From contig OX597834.1 of the NCBI GenBank assembly GCA_951406725.2, forward strand, positions 4,774,001 to 4,838,000: a stretch of 64,000 nucleotides of DNA, written 5' to 3'. The translations under genes were made by a program, and so were the position numbers. The DNA comes from Octopus vulgaris. Taxonomy: Eukaryota. Positions 55,256 to 64,000 of this stretch are shown piece by piece (position 1 is the first letter of the stretch; each line of letters opens with the position of its first letter). A model generated the notes under the pieces. The model saw nothing but the letters and a program-made list of their open reading frames with translations, searched no databases and was not told the origin of the DNA.

Positions 55256-55256
<1 letters not shown>
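55088..55256 (+). mobile_element. Family F fold-back element, second copy, hammerhead at 55131-55183
   Basis: GAGCTTC-CTGAAGA-TTTCATCTGAAT-GAAA-CAG-TTCTAGTC-CTG-TA-GAAGCTC; inverted arm 55088-55129; inside (TA)n/(CA)n. Confidence 0.85.
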
Positions 55257-55337
<81 letters not shown>

Positions 55338-56482
55338 GCCAGCAAGTCTCACGAGTAGCCTATATTGCCAAGTGTAATAAAAGACGTGAAACCAATGGTA
55401 ACTTTCTGATTAACCATCACCAACAACTGCATAAAATATCACTCCTCAGAAATTTTGTTAGACTGTGCTTCTTTTCGGATTTATGGACAGCACCCCCTCC
55501 ACACACACACTCACACAGGTGTGTGCGTTTGTGCATGTATGCGTGTATGTGCTTATGTGCGTACGCGTATGTGTTTGTGTGTGCCACCACATGATTTCTC
55601 TTTCTCATATTTCATTCAATGTGTATCCATTAATTGGAGGTTATAGGAAAAGACACATGCGCAGTGTAACGCTCGTTAGAAGGGAACATACTACGAAGTA
55701 GTTGCGAAGCAAAATTATTAGCCTTGCATCCAAATTAAATACATAATTAATCTACGCCATTAACTCAGCTAATAATCAATGGGTAGGAATTATTATTCAC
55801 TGAGGTTTAATGTAGCAAACTGAAGTTGACATGCATCTGCTTCACGCAGTTTTACAGATTTCTTATTCGATTCTCTGAGACTGCAAAGAAGTGTTTCAAA
55901 AGCGAAGGAATATATAAAACGTGGTGTCGTTAATTAGTTTAACTTATATCTTTCATTTTTTTATCGTCTCACGATTTCACAAAAGCATTCAAAATTTCAA
56001 CCTCAAAATTGTTAAAGAATCTGATTTTCCCTCCGCCCCCATTTCTTTCCTTGTGAAATACATTGCAATGTTCTCTTTCAATTTGTCCGTAGGGTTATTG
56101 TTACTTGTGTTTAAAGTGAATCACATTTTAAGGAATTTTTACAGAATTTTATAGTAAAAGCTCTCCGGAAATTCCGCTTCTTCGCCTGTAAGTACTTTCC
56201 AAGTTATCACGCTCTCCTTTGAAGTCATTTAATTTTCCCTGCATCAGCGTTTTGGCATTGCTATTCTCAAATGCTGTTCGTTACCCCATTTTATTGAGGT
56301 CGCATGCCACAGACAATAACTAACAAGAGTTTGAATTAAAACAATGAACCACATAAGGTAGAAATAGAAGAAATGCAAAATAGAGAATGGAAAATAGGAA
56401 ACGATTTGATAATTTGCAACAGTGTTGCATTTCTACTTTTATTTTCCGTTTCCAATATATGTGTGTATATATATATATGTAT

Positions 56483-56545
<63 letters not shown>

Positions 56546-56710
56546 TATATGTATGTATATATATATATATGTATATATATATCAGAATTAAACAGCCAAA
56601 ATCTGCGATGAGGGATCAGTTTCTGACTGAAGAATGAAGGCTTTGAATTACCCGTTTGTCTTTTTGTTCGTCCCTTCGTGTATTTCACGTTATTTATTTA
56701 TGTAAAGGTT

Positions 56711-56775
<65 letters not shown>

Positions 56776-57094
56776 TATGTGTCGTGTGTGTGTGTGTGTA
56801 CATACCCTTACACACATAAAATAGGGATGAACTGACAAGGCTTGGATAATGGATGTGTCCCTAGGCTTCTACATGGGGTCCAAGTAGTAGGGGTGGGGAC
56901 TAACACATATAAAAGTCAGTTAAGAATAGATAAGGTGTGCTTATCCTTTCAAATAGAGTGGAGTAAGAATAAGAATAATTGCAAAAACACAGAATACAAG
57001 AGTGAAATATAGCACACTACAATATTGTGGTGGACATAGCAAGGCTTAAAAAGGTACAGACTTCCCATAAAGTATTTATAAAATCTATGGTATT

Positions 57095-57310
57095 TCATCC
57101 AGTGGTGGATATGTGAATAAAGTCACTTTCAGGAGGGATAATTTCAGGCAGATAATTTCCATAGAACTTTAGTGGTGGGTTTGATGGTATGGTCTGCTCA
57201 TCTCCGCATAACATTGAAGTGATGGAGATATCCTGAAAGATTTTGTTGCCTCTTGGCAAAAAAAACGGCCGTAAGGAACTAGAACTTGCACACCCATTTA
57301 TATTTTTGCT
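57095..57310 (-). mobile_element. Possible very old CR1/L2-type RT remnant
   Basis: NGCASSSSLRPFFL...SMLCGDE resembles the GVPQGSVLGPLLF...LFADD spacing. Confidence 0.3.
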
Positions 57311-57716
57311 CATTTGTTTCTATATGCTTGTATGTATTTACACCCTTGTCTATGCAGTTACCAGCTTTTTCCACTCGCTAATTCTGTATAACTCGTACAT
57401 GTGAGTGCATTCATCCTTTACAGTTGAATAAATAGACATACTCGAATGTTTACTGGCTGATGTCTGTCGATTTTATATCCTCTCCGTTTTATTTATTTGC
57501 CGTACAAACCATGGGTAAATCATTTTTAACCCCGCCCATATATAATACTCAATTGCAAGATTACCACGCAATAACTAGCACTTGACTATGAATAATTGGG
57601 TACACTACCAGCAGTGTATTGGATAGGTACTATCCCTTAGTTGGTTTTTCAACGTCTAACTCACACACACACAAAAAACACACACACAAAAACACACACA
57701 TATCTATATATCTATG

Positions 57717-57803
<87 letters not shown>

Positions 57804-57816
57804 GTATGTCTGTCTG

Positions 57817-57893
<77 letters not shown>

Positions 57894-59290
57894 GTAAATA
57901 TATATATATTTAGGTATATCTTTGAGCATGTGCTTTTCACCCATCAGCACATGGAAACCGGTGTTGGTTTGTGTAGTCCCTGTAACTTAACCCTAATTGT
58001 AATCAACGGAACAAGTATCAGTTTTAGAAAATAAGTACTGGGGTCGATTTGTTCGACTAAACCCTTCAAGGTTTTACTATTTTAGCATGTTCGCGATATA
58101 ATGATTAAAACAAACAAAAGATAAAACATAAAATACATAAGTGTGTGCGCGTGTGTGTGCGTGTATACGCGCGCGAGCATTTGTCCATCTTGAATTTCTC
58201 CTTCATATTCTCCTTTAATGTCTGAATAAAACACATTTCTTATGTGTACCCTTCTAGTCGTACGTATATGGAATCTCCAGTATTATATTTCAATTTGTAT
58301 GGTGTCATATGTCACGTAAAAGCTGTAGTTTACTTGTTTGCTTTTATTTAGTGGCTTTATTTTCTTATTTTTAGCAATAAATATCCTTGCATCACTTGCG
58401 ATGACAAATTAAGTAAAAATATATAAATATGATATTGTTTCTTATTTGACTACTGCTGCAGGAAACTGACTCATTTTCCCGTTGTATAATGGTAGTATCT
58501 GATATCCATTTTGTTTCACCCTGTGAAGCGAATAAAATAAAACGGAACGTCATTAATAAAGTAAGCGACTGAAAATAAGAGCCTGCTGTGAAATCAAAGA
58601 TTCTGTTTGGCCCGCAAACGAGATAGCAGAGTTTGTTTGGTGATACAGAGCCTTCAAAATAAATCTTAGGCAAATACGTTTCATTTTTCTTTTATTTTTT
58701 TGCTGTTAAGCTCGTATTTTTTCACCAACCGAATATCGCCATTTAATGAACCGTGAACGACTCAAGAGAACATGCCAAACAATGATATTATTTTATAACA
58801 TTGTCTCTGCATTAAGTTTCAGGAGAGAGATTAATCGATTAAAGGAAGATTTTTTGTTCTGTAGTTTCTTTTGCGCACAGATACATTATACGTATCAGAA
58901 CAAAGCCAATGTCATCGTGAGAGCTTGTATAATAATTTTACGAACTAATACTAGAAGTCCGATAAAGAATGGTTTTGATAAATCGTTGAGACATATACAA
59001 GTATATAAATATAATCTATGATCAAGATATTTTTGTCACTTAATCGAATTCCTTCATGGCACAGTTGCGTTTATTCAAACCAAGAATAAAGACTATGCCA
59101 TGCCCATTCGACGATCAAAGGTGTATGTCAGGAGTGATGTTACATGCTTGCGCAGTTTGGAATATATGTGTCAGTTTGAAACGAATTCCTGAAGATTTGC
59201 GAAACTCATTGCCATAGTGTATTTATGAGTGAGACTTTGCGTCTTGTTGTAGCAATTTATATCACAATAACAGATGATATCAGTAACTAT

Positions 59291-59509
59291 ACTCTTTACT
59301 CTTTTACTCTTTTACTTGTTTCAGTCATTTGACTGCGGCCATGCTGGAGCACCGCATTTAGTCGAGCAAATCGACCCCGGGACTTATTCTCTTTGTAAGC
59401 CCAGTACTTATTCTATCGGTCTCTTTTGCCGAACCGCTAAGTGACGGGAACGTAAACACACCAGCATCGGTTGTCAAGCAATGCTAGGGGGACAAACACA
59501 GACACACAA

Positions 59510-59553
<44 letters not shown>

Positions 59554-59715
59554 GACAGGCTTCTTTCAGTTTCCGTCTACCAAATTCACTCACAAGGCAT
59601 TGGTCGGCCCGGGGCTATAGCAGAAGAAATCGCCCAAGATGCCACGTAGTGGGACTGAACCCGGAACCATGTGGCTGGTTAGCAAGCAACCTACCACACA
59701 GCCACTCCTGCGCCT
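59291..59715 (-). mobile_element. SINE family A, full length
   Basis: High identity to the other young copies. Confidence 0.92.
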
Positions 59716-60050
59716 ATATCAGTTTTACTTTAAAAAAAAATTCGGAAGAAGTTAATTTTTTTACTTCTTTTAACAAAATTGAAGACCATCAGATTACTTA
59801 TATATAAAGGAGTGAAGACAATCTCAATGCTTTTCTCATATGGAAGGCAAATATATCATTTTTGTACAGTAAATCTCCATGCAAAGGACGTTTCTATTGT
59901 TAGCACAAATAATATTAAAAAAGTGAGATCCATCCAACTGAAGAGAAATGTACGTGTACTTTCAAGAAACCTTTGATTTTATTTCCTTCCCTAAGTCTAT
60001 TCTGGCACGCTAAACGTAAGTGGTTTCCCTCTAATATGTATGTATATATA

Positions 60051-60243
60051 TATATTGTTGTATTTCGTAATGGTTATTTTGCCAGATTAACCAATAAAAA
60101 CAAACGCACTATATATTTGGTGTTACTTTGCTTCAGCGTTATTTATTTTTTCTATTAATCTTAATCTTATTTCGGCCATTTGATTTTTTTATATAGTGCG
60201 TGTGTTTTTATTGGCTAAACTACCAAAATGACCATTCCGAAAT

Positions 60244-60254
<11 letters not shown>
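60051..60254. repeat. Fold-back element: 65-bp arms (60051-60115 / 60190-60254) within (TA)n
   Basis: Reverse-complement arms with several mismatches. Confidence 0.8.
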
Positions 60255-60284
<30 letters not shown>

Positions 60285-60295
60285 ACAATATAAAT

Positions 60296-60395
<100 letters not shown>

Positions 60396-60396
60396 T

Positions 60397-60709
60397 GACA
60401 CTGTCGGTTATGACGACGAGGGTTCCAGTTGATCCGATCAACGGAACAGCTTGAGTACTCCGCAGACGTAGTTCTCGGGGAAATTCAGCATGGCACAGTG
60501 TGTGACAAGGCTGGCCCTTTGAAATACAGGTTCAACAGAATCAGGAAGAAGGAGTGCGAGAAAGTTGTGGTGAAAGAGTACAGTGGGGGTTTGCCACCAT
60601 CCCCTGCCGGAGCCTTGTGGAACACTCACAACACACGGTCTGGGAGTCGAAACGCGATCCCACCACCCCGAATCGTCCGCTGTCCTAACCACTTGGCCAT
60701 TGCGCCTCC

Positions 60710-60710
<1 letters not shown>
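60397..60710 (-). mobile_element. SINE family C, older copy, followed by the 3' half of a plus-strand SINE A (about 60810-61010)
   Basis: Degenerate matches to both families. Confidence 0.8.
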
Positions 60711-60777
<67 letters not shown>

Positions 60778-61278
60778 GTGTGAGTGTGTGTGTGTGTGTG
60801 TATGTGTGTGTAACGCTGCTATCGCTTGACAACCGATGTTGGTGTGTCTATGTCCCCATAACGTAGCGGTTCGGCAATAGAAAGTGATATTATAAGCGCT
60901 AGGCTTACAAAGAATAAGTTCTGGGGTCGATTTCTTCGACTAAAACCCTTCGAGGTGGTGCTCCAGCATGGTCCCAGTCAAATGATTGAAACAAGTAAAA
61001 CCGTAAAAGTGTGTGTCAGCTTTTGGATAATTGAGTCTTTAAGGGTTTTTACTAAAGAATGTAGCTATGTGGTATGTTTTACTTAGTCAGCAGGCTTCTT
61101 CACTTGGTGTTGGTGCTACCTAAGGTTTTTTACCTGTTTGTATTTGGAGGGTGGTGGTTATCAGTTAAGTGAGTCATAATGTTATTTGTATGAGATATTT
61201 GTTAATCTTATACTTTAATATTCCGATGAGAAGTTTTGTTGAAAACTGTAGAACTCTTCGATAATTTCTGCGAAACTA

Positions 61279-61456
61279 AATAATAATAATAATAATAATA
61301 ATAATTGTGTACAGTGCTCAGGTGCACTACAACTCATCTAAAGTGTATATATAATCAGGTGTAGTTTCGGCGGATTTCGGAAAGCATGAGGGCCTTAAAA
61401 GATGCAGTGTCATGGCAGTCAACAACTGACGCAGGCAGTTTATTCCATGCTTCAGT
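61279..61456 (-). mobile_element. CR1-type LINE 3' end with a (TTA)n tail
   Basis: EAWNKLPASVVDCHDTASFKALM (WN.LP..VV......FK motif), short UTR, then (TTA)n. Confidence 0.8.
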
Positions 61457-62002
61457 AATAGTAAGCAAATAACGTCTTGTACAATGATGGCCACATGATA
61501 AATATGCCGACGTCTATTTTACCATTCGTCCTCACGGAGTCGATAAAATAAAGTACTGGTAAAGAAATCGGGTCAGTGTAATCGGCATGTCTCTCATCTC
61601 AAAATTGCTGGCCTTGTGCCAATATTAGAAAGAAATATTTATTATTTTTATACATGAATGACTATTATGAGTAAGAATGCACTTATTTGCATATGTTAAT
61701 TCGCATCCAACCACATGGTAGTGTACATTTTAGATGCGTATACGTGCTCTATAGTATATAGGTATATCATTATACAACTGCAGTAGGTGTTATGTACATA
61801 ATATACAAACGAAATATTGTTTGTGAACTGCAGTTTTCTTCTCCATTGGAGAACGAAATAAAAAGAGAAAACTTACAAAACAAAGATACAAATTCAAGAA
61901 ATCATGAATTCGTTTGCTGAAAATTTAATTTACACACAAAGAAAATTAGGATCTGTATTAGTATTCAGCATGACAATTACTAACGAGTTTATGTTTCTTC
62001 AG

Positions 62003-62072
62003 ACGACAAAGCGTTGGATTTTTTTCTCAAACATGCTTTGATCAGTCGATAGATATTTTTACGTGTAGAAAG
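62003..62072 (+). other. Candidate 70-nt exon of an unidentified host gene
   Basis: Branch site TACTAAC (61978-61984), TTTATGTTTCTTCAG acceptor, AAG|GTACGT donor; one open frame RQSVGFFSQTCFDQSIDIFTCRK. Confidence 0.4.
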
Positions 62073-62540
62073 GTACGTAATTTCTCCAAATTCACTTTTA
62101 TATCATTTACAAAAGAGAACTGAGTGAAATAATTTACGTGCTTCGAAAATATTTATTCAGAAAATTCAAGCAGATGGTTACATACCGAATAACGAACATC
62201 AAAATGTTCTGCTTCGGTTTATGTAATTTGCATAATAACAAATTTATTGTTATAATTATGGTGAAAAAATGATTGTAGTATTCTACTTGAGAAAGCATAT
62301 GGCCATTGAGCAAAGCAAGCTTGAAACATTATACTTTGTTAACGAGATCTATAATATCCAAAATATGTACATAGCAACTAACTTGACGAGAAATATCATT
62401 AGCTTTAAATGCTAATCAGGAAATTGAAGTTTCTGGAAATGAAGTCTCGATTTAGAGAATTTGAATTCCCACCTCTTTCGGAATCGCGAACTATTCTTTA
62501 GATTTGACTTTATATCTTTTGTTGAGAACTAAGAATCAGT

Positions 62541-62774
62541 TACTCTTTTAGTTGTTTCAGTCATTTGACTGCGGCCATGGTGGAGCACCGCCTTTAGTCG
62601 AGCAAATCGACCCCAGGACTTATTCTTTGTAAGCCTAGTGCTTATTTTATCGACCTCTTTTGCCGAACCGCAAAGTTACGGGGACATGAACACACCAGCA
62701 TCGGTTGTCAAGCGATTTTGGGGGGACAAACACAGACACACAAACACACACACACACATACACACACACACACA

Positions 62775-62828
<54 letters not shown>

Positions 62829-63000
62829 CATATACACGAAAGGCTTCTTTCAGTTTCCGTCTACCAAATCCACTCACAAGGCTTGGGTCGGCCCGAGGCT
62901 ATAGTAGAAGACACTTGCCCAAAGTACCACGCAGTGGGACTGAACCCGGAACCATGTGGTTGACAAGCAAGCTACTTACCACACAGCCACTCCTGCGCCT
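62541..63000 (-). mobile_element. SINE family A, full length
   Basis: Family A head, body and tail. Confidence 0.9.
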
Positions 63001-63254
63001 TCTATTCTACGTATGAAATTCAGAATATCCCTACTTTTCTGAATTACATCAGTTATAATATATATAATAATGTAGAACGAAGCAATTGAAGGTGCTCATA
63101 TTAGTTAACTTTTCTTTTTTTAATTAACCATATTATTTGTGCCGTGAGATTGAACATGTATGTATATGAGAATATGTGTAGGTGTATCTGCAAGTAAATA
63201 CATGGAAGCTGATGCTCTCCCTGTTCAGGCGTATGTGTGACTCACTGTTTGTGA

Positions 63255-63362
<108 letters not shown>

Positions 63363-63399
63363 GCTACTGTATATATTTGTTGTCAATATACGTGTTATA

Positions 63400-63595
63400 C
63401 CCGGCGACGAGTTGATAGAATCGTTAGCATGCTGGGAAGGGTGTTTTGCAGCATTTCGTGTGTCTCTTCGTTCTAAGTTCAAATTCCGCCGAGGCTGACT
63501 TTGCCTTCCTTCAATTCGGTATCGATAAAACAAATACAAGCTTAGTACTGTGGTCGATTTAATCGCCATAATTTCTGGCCTTGTGCCAAACTCTG
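63400..63595 (+). mobile_element. Old SINE family B with the alternative tail (another partial copy at about 61505-61635)
   Basis: GTTCAAATTCCGCCGAGG...TTTCTGGCCTTGTGCCAAA. Confidence 0.7.
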
Positions 63596-64000
63596 GAAGC
63601 TGTAAATGCGTTGGTGCACGTGTAAGTTGCAGCCGTGTGTTGCCGTCTTTTCGTTCATATGTAGAGACACTGAGTGAGCGCGTGTTCGCGTGCGAGCACT
63701 TGTATGAATGTATCTATATATTGATGATGCATTTCATGAACTTCTTGACAAGATCACTGACCTAAGCAAAACATTCAAAGTTTCCAATTTACGATGTCTC
63801 ATAAACTTCACTGCCAAACCACTCTATCGCTTTAGAATCTTATTCCTTCTTCCCTTCTAATTTCACTTGATACTAAAGTGTCATCCATATTATCTATCTC
63901 GCTCCTAATTTCAGTCCCTCATCCTTCTTCACTTTCTCCCCCTCTCTCTCTTCCCCCATCTCTCTCTTTATCTCTCTTCCAAACAACTATACTCGCACAC

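Noticed and set aside
56484-56542. Poly(T) run of about 59 nt as a possible retrocopy tail
   Set aside because: It is embedded in a TA microsatellite with no adjacent gene body or TSD, and may be an assembly artefact.
58392-58673. 93-aa minus-strand ORF with an internal acceptor-like site
   Set aside because: No recognisable domain and no good donor site.
59188-59215. CTGAAGA-TTTGC-GAAAC core match
   Set aside because: No stem I, II or III pairing.

Overview
AT-rich, repeat-dense eukaryotic DNA, most likely intronic or intergenic. The SINE families and microsatellite load look like an octopus (coleoid cephalopod) genome, which is an inference from recalled sequence and not a database result. 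I find no intact host protein-coding gene; nearly all listed ORFs are microsatellite or SINE translations. The window holds three tRNA-derived SINE families (called A, B, C here, about 30 copies), one full-length but damaged mariner, and decayed Chapaev3, Tc1, Helitron, R4/Dong, RTE and CR1 fragments. It also holds an internally deleted L1/Tx1-like element whose 3' tail matches SINE B. The main unexpected signal is a set of short (mostly 130-600 bp) elements from several distinct families, mostly abutting (TA)n tracts and often folded back on themselves. They carry minimal type I hammerhead ribozyme motifs with palindromic stem III. Across families the 3-8 core pair covaries (C3-G8, U3-A8, G3-C8), and one copy lies downstream of a GIY-YIG C-terminal motif, pointing to Penelope-like pLTR derivatives. 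Weak host-gene hints are a candidate 70-nt exon (62003-62072) and an X-box-like motif next to a splice donor (26735-26764). All folds and family calls were made by eye.
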